Shown here in pieces: positions 53,637-63,770 of a stretch of DNA of 64,000 bases. The notes under the pieces were generated by a model. The model was not told the origin of the DNA, ran no database searches, and saw only the letters and a program-made list of their open reading frames with translations. How positions within the stretch are numbered: the first letter of the stretch is position 1; each line of letters opens with the position of its first letter. Origin of the DNA: an uncultured Nitrospina sp. (lineage in GTDB: Bacteria > Nitrospinota > Nitrospinia > Nitrospinales > VA-1); the NCBI GenBank assembly GCA_937891765.1, contig CALAGQ010000001.1, positions 14,864-78,863 on the forward strand, written 5' to 3'. The position numbers and the translations under genes are program-made.

Positions 53637-54638
53637 TTATGGCACCTCATTAGTTTTTGAAGCGACAACGAGCAGGTTGAATCCATATCCGGCAATATCG
53701 AACAGAGGGCCGCAGTAGGTCAGTGGATTGACGGCATTTTTAAGATCGCGTTTGACGGAGAACAAAAATTTTCCGAATTTGTCGTTCGGCTTATTTGAGT
53801 CCTTGAAGGGAATGGTGTTGTTGCGATTGAAAAGTCCTTTCTTGGCTTTGTTGGTTGTTATGTAGTCAATTTTGAAGCCGGCCTTTTTTAAAATTTGTTC
53901 CAACGAGTTTCGAGAAAAGAAATAAATATGCTGATTCAACTTATAACTAAGCCACTGTTCTTTAACGAAAATTGAGTTCTTAACATTTGGTGTCCAGATT
54001 ATCAGGAGCCCTCCTGGTTTTGTAGCACGATTGATTTTTTCTAAGCAAGCCAAAGGATGTCGGACATGCTCAATCAGATCCCACAAGGTCACGACATCGA
54101 AAGTTTGGGGTTGAAAGGGTAGGTCATTATCCAATGACCCCTGTTGAACCTGATGTAGGCCGAGGTTATCTTGAGCATACTGGACATATTCGGGAAGCAG
54201 TTCCAGTCCATGTCCTTTCCATCCTTTGTCCAGAGCGCATTTAACAAAAAATCCAGCCCCACACCCAATATCCAGCAGGTTTCCCTTGTTGGGTTTGAAA
54301 CGATCGATAAATTTTAAGCGGGAGTGATAGAGTTTTGAAAAGGACTTCTCCCTTTTTTCCCGCTCAAGAATATATTGTGAAAAATGTCCCTGGCTGGGAT
54401 CCTCGCCGACCATTTCAGACCGATATGAGTTTTGCATGATAGATGGATCTGGCAGGGGGTTAACAAATTCCAAGTGGCAATGTTCGCAATGGACAATGAG
54501 GGTTCCATCTTCCCGGTAAAGCACAGGACGAAACTGGTTATTACCGCAGCACTCGCAGGGCAAGCGTTGCGAACGTGTGGCTTGAAAAACAGTATCTCTA
54601 GAATTCATCTTCTGAGTATTTGTTGATGCGGATTGCAA
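53637..54638 (-). CDS. class I SAM-dependent methyltransferase with an N-terminal zinc ribbon
   Basis: 333 aa. The zinc ribbon is CECCGNNQF...CEHCHLEF. SAM motif I is LLDIGCGAGFF. A post-II block reads FDVVTLWDLIEHV. Confidence 0.75.
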   Translation of the reverse strand: MQSASTNTQKMNSRDTVFQATRSQRLPCECCGNNQFRPVLYREDGTLIVHCEHCHLEFVNPLPDPSIMQNSYRSEMVGEDPSQGHFSQYILEREKREKSFSKLYHSRLKFIDRFKPNKGNLLDIGCGAGFFVKCALDKGWKGHGLELLPEYVQYAQDNLGLHQVQQGSLDNDLPFQPQTFDVVTLWDLIEHVRHPLACLEKINRATKPGGLLIIWTPNVKNSIFVKEQWLSYKLNQHIYFFSRNSLEQILKKAGFKIDYITTNKAKKGLFNRNNTIPFKDSNKPNDKFGKFLFSVKRDLKNAVNPLTYCGPLFDIAGYGFNLLVVASKTNEVP

Positions 54639-55078
54639 GCATTGAAAAATCGAGTGAGCCGTTCTGCAATATTCTGAGCCACCCTGACCAAAAATCGAGG
54701 TGGTCCTGTTCTATTTCTGAAAAAATAGTGTCTTCAAATTTCGAATTACAGGGTAAGTTATTTGGTATTGGTTTGCAACTTTCCATGGCGTAGAAGTGGA
54801 GAGAGCAGGTATTGGACGGATTGAATTTTTTGACTTGTGCTTGAGCCAGAATAAATCGTGGTCGGCTATTACTCATTCATTTGAATACGTAAGGTGGCAC
54901 ATGGAAAAATTTGATTTTTTGATGTTCCTGGGATTATCTAGTAACATAGTAGATCTCGACTTTTAAGGCTAGAAGCCCATTTCTTTTCCTTGCGACTCGG
55001 GCCTAAAGGGCAAAAGACAGAGGAGTCTAAATTGAATAGAACATCTTATTTGCCAACTCAAAAACCAGAGGTGAGTTC

Positions 55079-56515
55079 ATGACCAGAAGTGCTTTCACGC
55101 CAAATGCTGGAGACAGCATTATTGTACGCTTGAAAATTGGAGGTCAGACTAAGGGGTTTTCTGAAGTGACAGCTCGAATTGCAGAACTCGATGGACACAT
55201 TGGGGCGATAGATCTGGTTCGTCCTCTTTCTCAAGGGGCTTCAATCCGGGACATTAGCATCTACACTTCAGGCGCGAATCATGGTGAGGAAATTGTTGAG
55301 GCCTTGAAAAAGGTGGAGGGCGTAGAAGTCATCCACTATTCCGACCGTACTTTTCTTTTACATTTGGGAGGGAAGATAGAGGTCGTCAGCCGTAAAAGTC
55401 TGAAAACCCGGGATGATCTTTCCATGGCTTACACTCCTGGTGTGGGTCGCGTTTGTACCGCGATTCACAAGGATCCTGAACTGGTTTATAAGTTGACGAT
55501 GAAAGGCAACACGGTTGCCATTGTCACCGATGGTTCGGCGGTTCTGGGGCTGGGCAATATCGGCCCGGGGGCTGCAATGCCGGTGATGGAAGGCAAGGCG
55601 ATGCTATTTAAGGAGTTCGCCGGAATCGATGCCTTCCCCATATGCCTGAACACCTCCAGCGTGGATGAAGTGGTGAACACCGTCCGGGCCATTGCGCCTG
55701 GTTTTGGCGGAATCAATCTGGAGGATATTGCAGCACCTCATTGTTTTGAGATTGAAAGAAGATTGCAGGAGGAATTGGATATCCCGGTTTTTCATGACGA
55801 CCAGCACGGAACGGCGGTTGTGGTTTCCTCTGCATTGATCAATGCCTTGAAGCTTTTGCGCAAAAAACCTGAAGACATCAAGGTTGTGGTTCTGGGTGCC
55901 GGAGCCGCCGGAACCGCCTGCACTAAAATGATCAAACAACTCAACGTGAGTAACATCATTACCTGTGACCGCAAGGGGGCCATTCATAAATTCCGCGATG
56001 ACCTCAATGAAGCCAAGCAATGGTTTGCCGACAATACCAACCCTGATGGACTAAAAGGGAGTTTGAGTGAGGTCATTGCCGGAGCCGATATGTTTCTCGG
56101 CGTTTCGGGTCCTCGTCAATTGACGGTTGAGGACATAAAGAAAATGGCCAAAGATCCTGTGGTTTTTGCACTAGCCAACCCGGTCCCGGAAATTTTGCCT
56201 GAGGAGGCAGGGCCTCATGTGGCGGTCATGGCAACAGGCAGAAGTGATTACCCCAACCAGATCAATAATGTTTTATGTTTTCCCGGTCTTTTCAAGGGAG
56301 CCTTGGATTGCATGGCCACGCATATCAATGAGGAAATGAAAATGGCCGCGGCGTATGCGATTGCGAATTGCATTGAGGAAGAACATTTGCAGCCGGAATA
56401 CATCATCCCAAGTGTGTTCGACGCCAAGGTGGTGGAGAATGTCTCTGCCGCAGTGATTGCAGCCGCCAGAGAAACAAAGGCGGCGCGAAACAGAAGTAGA
56501 AGTCAGTTTGAATAG
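55079..56515 (+). CDS. NAD(P)-dependent malic enzyme with an N-terminal ACT-like domain
   Basis: 478 aa. Malic enzyme blocks are present: LSMAYTPGVGRVC, VAIVTDGSAVLGLGNIGPGAAMPVMEGKAMLFKEFAGIDAFP, FGGINLEDIAAPHCF, FHDDQHGTA and VVLGAGAAGTA. The first roughly 80 aa are ACT-like. Confidence 0.9.
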   Translation: MTRSAFTPNAGDSIIVRLKIGGQTKGFSEVTARIAELDGHIGAIDLVRPLSQGASIRDISIYTSGANHGEEIVEALKKVEGVEVIHYSDRTFLLHLGGKIEVVSRKSLKTRDDLSMAYTPGVGRVCTAIHKDPELVYKLTMKGNTVAIVTDGSAVLGLGNIGPGAAMPVMEGKAMLFKEFAGIDAFPICLNTSSVDEVVNTVRAIAPGFGGINLEDIAAPHCFEIERRLQEELDIPVFHDDQHGTAVVVSSALINALKLLRKKPEDIKVVVLGAGAAGTACTKMIKQLNVSNIITCDRKGAIHKFRDDLNEAKQWFADNTNPDGLKGSLSEVIAGADMFLGVSGPRQLTVEDIKKMAKDPVVFALANPVPEILPEEAGPHVAVMATGRSDYPNQINNVLCFPGLFKGALDCMATHINEEMKMAAAYAIANCIEEEHLQPEYIIPSVFDAKVVENVSAAVIAAARETKAARNRSRSQFE

Positions 56516-56674
56516 AGGGTTCAATAATAAATAAAAGGGTGTAAATGTAAAAGGCATTGACGACCAACTTCATTTCCCAACAGGGATCAGGCTGTGTATA
56601 CTTGCGTTGGTTTCTTTTGATGTCTTCCTTTAAGGTTTTATGATTTTGCCCCGCGCGCCTTCAACGCTTCGTGT

Positions 56675-59071
56675 ATGAAAACAGTTCTTAGTTGGTGTTT
56701 CCAAAAAATTACCCGCCGTTATCCCGGCACTCTACTGATTCTGGCAATTCTTCTAAGCGGAATATCTATCTATTGGGCCAGTGGTTTAAGCTTCAACCCC
56801 CGGATGGATAATCTTCTTCCTCAGGATTTACCATTAATCAAAGAATTTAATGAAGTGGTTGCCAAAACCGGCGGGTCTGGCCCGCTTGTGGTTGTCCTGG
56901 AACAGTTGAACCCTGTCCAGGCTGATGAAGTGATTGGTAAACTGGCGCGGGCTCTGGAAAAAGTTCCCGGAACCTATTTTGTCGATTCGCAAATACCCGA
57001 ACAGTTTTTAAAAAACCGTCAACTCCTGTTAATTCCCAAGACAGAGTTGCTTCAGCTTGAGTCTCTGGTCGCGGAAGCGATTGACTATGCGCGAGGTCAA
57101 TTCGGAGGATTTTTTGGGGAAGATGAACTTTTCAATCCGATTAAACTGCAAACGCTTGCCGACCGGTACGATATCTTTGAAGACGTCAACCCTTACCATA
57201 AAGGGAAGATGGCAAATAATTTTTATATCTTTGTCAAACCCAAGGGAACGGTCACCGACACAGATTTTACCGAGCAATATGTCCGATCCATTCAAGAGGC
57301 GATTGACCAGACTGGGCTTGAAAAAGATATCCCCGACCTGACTATCAACCTTACAGGTTCGCTGATTGTGCGGCTGGAAGAAAACCAGTTCATCCAAAGC
57401 GACCTTAAGAAGTCAGCTGTGCTCGCGGCCCTGTTGGCAAGTTTTATCATCCTTGTCTATACCCGGTCCTGGTTTTCCATACCGCTCATCATTTTCCCCT
57501 TGTTGCTGTCATTGTCTTACACCTTTGCCTTGACGCGCCTGTTCATCGGCCACCTGAATATAATTTCCGGTTTTCTGGTGGCTATATTGATGGGGCTGGG
57601 GATCGACTATGGCATTCACCTTTATATTCGTTTCAAGCAGGAACTGCTGAAAGGTAAGAGCATTCCCGATGCTACAGAACTGGTTGTGACTCAGGTGGGG
57701 CGGTCCGGGTTGATCGCGATGCTGACCACGATGAGTGTTTTTTCAATCTTAAGCTTTTCGGATTTTCAGGGATTCTCGGAGTTCGGGAAAATTGCTACGC
57801 TGGGTATCGTCTGTGCTTTTTTCAGCTACTACTTCATTTTTCCGGCGCAGGCTTTGTTTTATGACAAAATTCATTGGTTGAGAAAACCCAGGCCCAGGTT
57901 GTTCACCTTTAAAATTGCCAACCTGTATTTCACAACGCCCTATTTTCTTTCGGCCATGTTCCTATTTTTAATGATTGCGAGTTTGTTTTTTCTTCCCGGA
58001 CTCAGGTTTGAATATGACTTCCAGAAACTTAGGGGGGAGTCCCCCGCCAGTGAGTATGAGACGGTCACCACGGATGATTTCGGCTTTGCCTTTTCCCCTA
58101 CTTTGATTCTGACGCATGAAAAGAAAAACCTGTTTGAAATTCATACAGCTCTGGAGGAAATCAAGCACAAGGGTGGAGAACAGACCATCATAGGCATGCA
58201 GTATTCTTTAAATATGTTCAGCCGCGAGGAGTATGAATCGAAGAAGGATGCGATTCTTCGGATTCGTAAAATGTTTTTGGATAACGAGGACATCATTAAA
58301 TTTTCGCTGGGAAATGATCGGTATGAAAATTTTAGGAAGCTGGTGAATGCCGAGCCGTTTGACGAAAAACGAGTACCCCCTAATTTGCAGAAAAAACTCC
58401 GTGCCGGGGATGATTATCTGGTTGTGTTGCTTTCTCCTGCAGATAAAAACTTTTTTCATGTCGAAAATATTTATCAGTTGGAAAAGGAAGTGGCGGAATT
58501 GAAACGCATGATGGCGGAAAAAAATATTGAAACTTCTGTGTTGAATGAAAACCTGATAGCCGCCAAAATACTGGATTGGGTTAAGGAGAAGGGGCCGGTG
58601 GCAATGGCTATCGCTTTTGCGATGGTTTTCCTCATTCTTTTAGTGGATCTTCAGAGTATTCGTTTGGCGGTCATCACTTTCCTGCCTCTTTTTACCGGTC
58701 TGGTCTTGACCGGTGCGCTCATGTCTGTTTTTAATGTGAAACTGAATTTCATCAATATTGTCATGCTCCCTTCTATCGTCGGAATCATGATTGACCATTG
58801 CATATACCTCAGTCACCATATACTGGATTATTCCAAAGGCGCTTCCCTCAAGTCGCTACAGGAAACAGGGAGCTCCATTATATTGTCGGCCTTAACCAGT
58901 CTTGCCGGTTATGCCAGTTTGAATATTGCTCACCATCAAGGGATCAGGTCTATTGCCTCGGTGGTGGAACTGGGAATAATAACCTGCACCATCTGCGCCC
59001 TGTTCATGCTTCCGGCTCTGTTTGAGCTTCGTAAAAGCAGGTCTTCATTTATTCGCTTTAAAAAGGATTAA
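56675..59071 (+). CDS. MMPL/RND-superfamily exporter (two 6-TM bundles; HpnN-like size class)
   Basis: 798 aa. It has two hydrophobic blocks, each preceded by a large periplasmic loop. SSD/MMPL-like motifs are GLGIDYGIHLYIRF and IVGIMIDHCIYLSHH. Confidence 0.75.
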   Translation: MKTVLSWCFQKITRRYPGTLLILAILLSGISIYWASGLSFNPRMDNLLPQDLPLIKEFNEVVAKTGGSGPLVVVLEQLNPVQADEVIGKLARALEKVPGTYFVDSQIPEQFLKNRQLLLIPKTELLQLESLVAEAIDYARGQFGGFFGEDELFNPIKLQTLADRYDIFEDVNPYHKGKMANNFYIFVKPKGTVTDTDFTEQYVRSIQEAIDQTGLEKDIPDLTINLTGSLIVRLEENQFIQSDLKKSAVLAALLASFIILVYTRSWFSIPLIIFPLLLSLSYTFALTRLFIGHLNIISGFLVAILMGLGIDYGIHLYIRFKQELLKGKSIPDATELVVTQVGRSGLIAMLTTMSVFSILSFSDFQGFSEFGKIATLGIVCAFFSYYFIFPAQALFYDKIHWLRKPRPRLFTFKIANLYFTTPYFLSAMFLFLMIASLFFLPGLRFEYDFQKLRGESPASEYETVTTDDFGFAFSPTLILTHEKKNLFEIHTALEEIKHKGGEQTIIGMQYSLNMFSREEYESKKDAILRIRKMFLDNEDIIKFSLGNDRYENFRKLVNAEPFDEKRVPPNLQKKLRAGDDYLVVLLSPADKNFFHVENIYQLEKEVAELKRMMAEKNIETSVLNENLIAAKILDWVKEKGPVAMAIAFAMVFLILLVDLQSIRLAVITFLPLFTGLVLTGALMSVFNVKLNFINIVMLPSIVGIMIDHCIYLSHHILDYSKGASLKSLQETGSSIILSALTSLAGYASLNIAHHQGIRSIASVVELGIITCTICALFMLPALFELRKSRSSFIRFKKD

Positions 59072-59078
59072 GAATTAG

Positions 59079-59357
59079 ATGGATCGGAATTTTGCTAAAT
59101 CATTGCAATCGGGCGGAATTATTTTTGTGTTCTTTTTATGGGTTGGTTGTGCCGAAGACCGCAAGTTCGAAGACTTCGCCCATGAAGATAGTGGTAAGGC
59201 AGAACAGGAATTTCTGCAGGATTCCAGAAGATGTACGGCGGAAAAAGACAAGTTCAGCCACAAAATCCAGGGCCGCGAACTTGGATTCGAAGGCGAGCAT
59301 ACGGGATACCTGGGTTGCATGAAGCTGAAAGGCTGGAGCCAGAAAAAAACTTCTTGA
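59079..59357 (+). CDS. small lipoprotein, function unknown
   Basis: 92 aa with signal and lipobox (IIFVFFLWVGC). It starts 8 nt after the MMPL stop. Confidence 0.45.
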   Translation: MDRNFAKSLQSGGIIFVFFLWVGCAEDRKFEDFAHEDSGKAEQEFLQDSRRCTAEKDKFSHKIQGRELGFEGEHTGYLGCMKLKGWSQKKTS

Positions 59358-59591
59358 ACTACCTGTTTCCCCGGGCTCATTGAATGATGGCGGCGGGTTG
59401 ATGAATCAGGTGGCACATTTTGCAGGAGTTCGTAGAGATGTGCTCCATCATCTTCTAAAATAATTTTGCGTCGGGAGTTCCGGAAGCGAAAGACTTCTTG
59501 ATTGCCCGAAAGGAAGGAAGAGTAAAATGAAACCTGCGATGGTCGGGAATTTAGGTTTCATTTGCCATGTCCGTGTATTTCAGGACTGCAT

Positions 59592-59810
59592 TTAATTGGA
59601 TTTGATTCGATAGAAGGTGTCGCCCAATTGGAAGAAACTCCCGCTTCGTACGACATTGCAAAACGTGTGAGCCTGGTCATCGTTCAGATTTTTCAACACC
59701 TGTTCCAGCAAGTCAGGATAGGAAATATCTTCCCAGAAGAAAAAATCGAACGATCGTTCCAGGGGAAATCCGGAGATATCTTCCATTTCAACATTATGTT
59801 TGTCTTTCAT
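59592..59810 (-). CDS. hypothetical protein
   Basis: 72-aa ORF with no family recognised. Confidence 0.25.
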   Translation of the reverse strand: MKDKHNVEMEDISGFPLERSFDFFFWEDISYPDLLEQVLKNLNDDQAHTFCNVVRSGSFFQLGDTFYRIKSN

Positions 59811-59959
59811 AGTTTTCAGGCACCCACTTTGCGGCCAAATTGAACGGGCCTATTCTATTTAAAGGCAGCTATTTCACGCAAACGATTTTTCGAGGTTGTC
59901 ATCTCCTGCAAGCTCTGCTACTTTCGCAAGGTTCCTGAAAACATCGTACAGGTTTTATT

Positions 59960-60739
59960 ATGCTATTAGTTATTGATGTCGGCAACTCCAATAATGTGAT
60001 TGGCTTGTTTTCCGGCAAAAAGCTCCTGACTCATTGGCGGATTCGTACAGAATGGAACCGGACAGCCGATGAGTACTGGGTTTTGATCAAGGAATTTATT
60101 CTGCTGAACAATGTTGAGACAGAAACTATTGATGACATTGTTCTCGCCTGTGTGGTTCCTCCTCTGGTTCCCATTCTGCAAGACATGGCCCGGAAATATT
60201 TTTCCTGCGAGCCGCTGGTGGTGGGGCCGGGTATTAAAACGGGAATTTCCATCCTTTACCATAACCCTGCCGAAGTGGGTGCTGACCGGATTGTCAACTC
60301 GGTGGCAGCATTCGAGAAATTTGGGGGGCCATTGATCATTGTGGATTTTGGCACTGCAACGACCTTCGATGTGGTATCGAAGAAAGGAGAATATCTTGGA
60401 GGAGCCATTTTCCCGGGGATTCAGATTTCTCTGGAAGCCCTGTTCAAACATACCGCCAAACTGCCGCGAATCGAAATGGTGGTTCCGGAAAATGTCATTG
60501 GAAAATCAACAGCGGAAAGTATTCGTTCCGGCGCAGTTTATGGGTTTACGGGAATGGTTGAATCTCTGGTTCGACAAATTAAAAGTGAATTGGGGCAGAA
60601 CGCGCATGTGGTGGCCACAGGGGGAATTGTTGACTGGGTGGCCTCAAAAACAACGGTTATTGATACGCTAGATCCGTTTTTAACTTTGGAAGGGTTGCAG
60701 ATCATTTATGAAAAAAATCAACCGGAGAAGCTGAAGTAG
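59960..60739 (+). CDS. coaX: type III pantothenate kinase
   Basis: 259 aa. CoaX hallmarks are present: MLLVIDVGNSN, PAEVGADRIVN, IVDFGTATTFD and ATGG. Confidence 0.9.
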   Translation: MLLVIDVGNSNNVIGLFSGKKLLTHWRIRTEWNRTADEYWVLIKEFILLNNVETETIDDIVLACVVPPLVPILQDMARKYFSCEPLVVGPGIKTGISILYHNPAEVGADRIVNSVAAFEKFGGPLIIVDFGTATTFDVVSKKGEYLGGAIFPGIQISLEALFKHTAKLPRIEMVVPENVIGKSTAESIRSGAVYGFTGMVESLVRQIKSELGQNAHVVATGGIVDWVASKTTVIDTLDPFLTLEGLQIIYEKNQPEKLK

Positions 60740-60835
60740 GCAAGAAAACACAGGCTATGCCAGACTTGAGATTTGCAGCTAGAGGAGGAGACTGAAACCT
60801 GAAAAGTCTGAAATAACCTGTGTTTAAGGTTTGCG

Positions 60836-61084
60836 TTAAGCTTTTATAGCCCCAGATCCCTTTTGAATGAACAGGCGCACCATCCGGGGATCGTCTTCGA
60901 TATCTGAAATTTTACATCCTTGATTTTTTGCCCATTTGGAAAAGGCTTCGGTCATATTTCTTTTTTTATCGACAATGAGTTCCAAGATTCCGTTTTTCTT
61001 GATACGGGTGAACTCTTTTGAAGCCAATTGCAACGCGCTGAAAAACGAAAGCCCGCGTATATCGATTGTTTTAAAAGTTTCCAT
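60836..61084 (-). CDS. TusA/SirA-fold protein lacking the catalytic Cys motif
   Basis: 82 aa. DIRGLSFFSALQL replaces the canonical D.RGL.CP.P motif. The rest is TusA-like (LELIVDKK...AFSKWAKNQG). Confidence 0.45.
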   Translation of the reverse strand: METFKTIDIRGLSFFSALQLASKEFTRIKKNGILELIVDKKRNMTEAFSKWAKNQGCKISDIEDDPRMVRLFIQKGSGAIKA

Positions 61085-61431
61085 TTTTTATCTCTCCCTT
61101 TTTCAGCTCAGGCCTTGATCTGCCCGAACAACTTAAATTGTTTTAAAGGCATTCTATAAAATCAAGATTAAGGAACTGTTAATCTGGAATTAATTTTTTT
61201 TAATTCTTTGGGCAGAGCTCCCGTGAAATTGGAGGGTAATATTTTGAAATTAAGAGAGTTATTTGATTTTAGCGGCTGACAGAGAAAAGCGGCAAATGTG
61301 CCCCTGGAAGCGCCAGTTTTTCTGGCCCGTTTTCCGTTGAGCTTGGGAAAGACAAGCTGTTAGTATGAGTAGCGTTTCCCCCACAAGTAGGAGAGACAGG
61401 GTTTTTTTTTGATAGTTTTCAGGAGATAAAA

Positions 61432-62376
61432 ATGGGCATTGTTCGCGGTGGAGATTCGGAGTATGAGGAGCACGAACCCTCTTTTGAGGAGAAATCAGCC
61501 AAATGGCAGGCTACCCTTCAGCCTCTGCTGGAAGAAGACCCCAGCGTGCTCAAGCTTTCTGGGAAATATATTTCCAACGATGATGTAAAAATTATTTGCG
61601 ATTATGAGGGACTCAAAAATGTTCGGGTTCTTGATCTTGCGGACAATCAGATCAGTGACGAAGCGTTACCCGTTCTTTTTGAATCGGAAAATTTAGCCCA
61701 ACTTGAAGAACTTTATTTGGGAATTAATTTCCTGATAGGCCAGGGGTTGACAGACATTGCCTGTTCCAGTCAGATCAAATTGAAAAATTTAAAAATACTG
61801 GTCATTTCTGATAACCGCCTCACCGATGCATCTGTGGCAGATTTTATTCGGTCCAAAAATTTCCCCAATTTGGAATTTTTGGATGTGGGGTGGAATGAGG
61901 CCGGTAATGAAACAGCGAAAGCGCTTGGGGAGACAACGTCTTTTCCCGGATTGAAAACGCTGATCTTGGAACGCAGTTATATTGAGATTGAAGGTCTGAA
62001 AGAAATGATTCAGGGAGACCTGATGGATCAACTGCAGGAACTGAATCTTTCAGCCAATAAGTTTAAGGATGAAGCTGTTGTGGTGCTTGTCTCGGCTCCG
62101 AAATGGAAGGCTCTCAAAGTTTTACGGCTTTCGCAGAATAGGTTTGGCGATGTAGGGGCCAAGGCCTTGGGAGAATCTACCGCGCTGGCCGGGTTGACGC
62201 AACTTTATGCCGGGAGAAACTATTTCGGTAACGAAGGGGCGCAAGCGATCCATGAAAGTAAAGTCCTGACCAGCCTGACAACGCTTGTTCTTAAGGAAGG
62301 TGTGGAAGAAGATGCGGGGCTGGTCAATTACTCCCGTCCAGAACTGCTTCGCCCTGATGATCCCAATTCCATTTGA
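61432..62376 (+). CDS. ribonuclease-inhibitor-type leucine-rich-repeat protein
   Basis: 314 aa with about nine 28-aa LRRs of the type L..L.L..N.IGDEGAKAL. Confidence 0.8.
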   Translation: MGIVRGGDSEYEEHEPSFEEKSAKWQATLQPLLEEDPSVLKLSGKYISNDDVKIICDYEGLKNVRVLDLADNQISDEALPVLFESENLAQLEELYLGINFLIGQGLTDIACSSQIKLKNLKILVISDNRLTDASVADFIRSKNFPNLEFLDVGWNEAGNETAKALGETTSFPGLKTLILERSYIEIEGLKEMIQGDLMDQLQELNLSANKFKDEAVVVLVSAPKWKALKVLRLSQNRFGDVGAKALGESTALAGLTQLYAGRNYFGNEGAQAIHESKVLTSLTTLVLKEGVEEDAGLVNYSRPELLRPDDPNSI

Positions 62377-62385
62377 CACGGTTGT

Positions 62386-63084
62386 TTAGAAAACTTTAAG
62401 TTTTTCCAGTTTGGTGAGTTTTGGTGAATTTTTTAAAGCGGCTTTGGCCTCGTCAGACTTAACCCGATTGCCTCCCAGATGCAGGTAGGTCAGGTTGCTG
62501 AGATTGTCTGAATTGGCGATGGCCAACGCGCCTTCGTCTCCGGCCCGGTTATCCACCATATTCAGATACTCTAGTTTTGTCAGCACCGAAGACTGGGCGA
62601 GGGCTTTGGCTCCCTCTGCGGTGATGCCGTTACATTCCAGGTTCAGGGTCACCAGTTCTGAGAACACTTCTGACTCGGCTATTATTTTCGCGCCCTCATC
62701 TCCGAGATTGTTGGAACCCAAATGCAGGTCGATGATTTTGGGCAGGTAAGGGGACTCGGCGAGAAGTTTCATTCCGTCCGGCCCAAGCTGATTATGGGTG
62801 AGGATCATGCTGGAGATGGTTTTGATGAAAGGGAAGTTGGCGATCATTTCAGCGAGGTTCTTGCCGTGGTCTTCCTCAATTTTTCCGGTTTTGGAAAACA
62901 GGTAGGCATCCTGAATTTTAAGAACTTTTTTATCCTTAATATTTTCGAAAAGGATTTTTTCCTTGGGCGAAAGGTTTTTTCCTTCGCCACCATAGTTTTC
63001 TCCGTCGTTGCACAACTCCTCCCAATTCTTGACCTTGTCTTCTTGCATAGTGTTTAGCGGGACAACCTCTTGTGTTTCGCGCAA
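62386..63084 (-). CDS. ribonuclease-inhibitor-type leucine-rich-repeat protein
   Basis: 232 aa (TTG 63084). The alternative ATG 63048 avoids overlap with the upstream gene. It has five RI-type LRRs (LHLGSNNLGDEGAKIIAES, LNLECNGITAEGAKALAQS). Confidence 0.8.
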   Translation of the reverse strand: MRETQEVVPLNTMQEDKVKNWEELCNDGENYGGEGKNLSPKEKILFENIKDKKVLKIQDAYLFSKTGKIEEDHGKNLAEMIANFPFIKTISSMILTHNQLGPDGMKLLAESPYLPKIIDLHLGSNNLGDEGAKIIAESEVFSELVTLNLECNGITAEGAKALAQSSVLTKLEYLNMVDNRAGDEGALAIANSDNLSNLTYLHLGGNRVKSDEAKAALKNSPKLTKLEKLKVF

Positions 63085-63512
63085 CCTCCCTGATTGCCCA
63101 TGTCACAGGCTTTCAGATAAAATTGCAACGCCTTTTTCTGGCGGCCTTCCTTATAGTTCAGGGTTCCCAGGTTGAAACAGGATGGGTCCTCCCCTGCGTC
63201 ACAGGCCTTGGTGAACATTTTTCGCGCTTCTTTAAATTCCTTGCTATAAGGTGTTCCTTTCATGAGTGTGAGAATGCCACCATTGGTGCACCCTGTCATA
63301 TAGCCTGCATCACAGGCCATGACGTAAAACTCAAGAGCTGTCTTATTGTCTCGCTCAAGAATGCGATAGCGTTCTCCCATATTAAAACATGCTGTTGAAT
63401 TCCCTTTTTCACACAGTGCTCTTTTTTCTGCGGTCTCTTTATCATCGCCAGCCCAGACTCCAGATGTCTGGATAAAAATAGTCAATACAGTTAAAAGTAT
63501 AATTTTTTTCAC
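63054..63512 (-). CDS. secreted cysteine-rich Sel1-like repeat protein (Hcp-like)
   Basis: 152 aa with a signal peptide. It has four SLR units, each bracketed by Cys pairs (CEKGNSTACFNMG, ACDAGYMTGCTNGG, ACDAGEDPSCFNLG, ACDMGNQGGCA). Confidence 0.8.
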   Translation of the reverse strand: MKKIILLTVLTIFIQTSGVWAGDDKETAEKRALCEKGNSTACFNMGERYRILERDNKTALEFYVMACDAGYMTGCTNGGILTLMKGTPYSKEFKEARKMFTKACDAGEDPSCFNLGTLNYKEGRQKKALQFYLKACDMGNQGGCAKHKRLSR

Positions 63513-63770
63513 AATTGGCCCTTTCCCTGCTGAATGGTTTGCCCAAGAGAATGTGAAAAATGGGTTCTCTAAGAAACCAGATTATACCATAGCGGGTTCG
63601 CGTAATAAGAAAAAGACAGTCCTGTCTTGAATAAGGTTTCGTTTGCATCGGCAGAAATATTGCTTTACTCTTTTTGCGCTATTGAAAATAAAGCTTTTTA
63701 GAGAATCGGGCTTCGTCAGGGCAACTAAAAGGAACCTTGAGAAGTCTGCACCCATATAGGATACAGGCCG

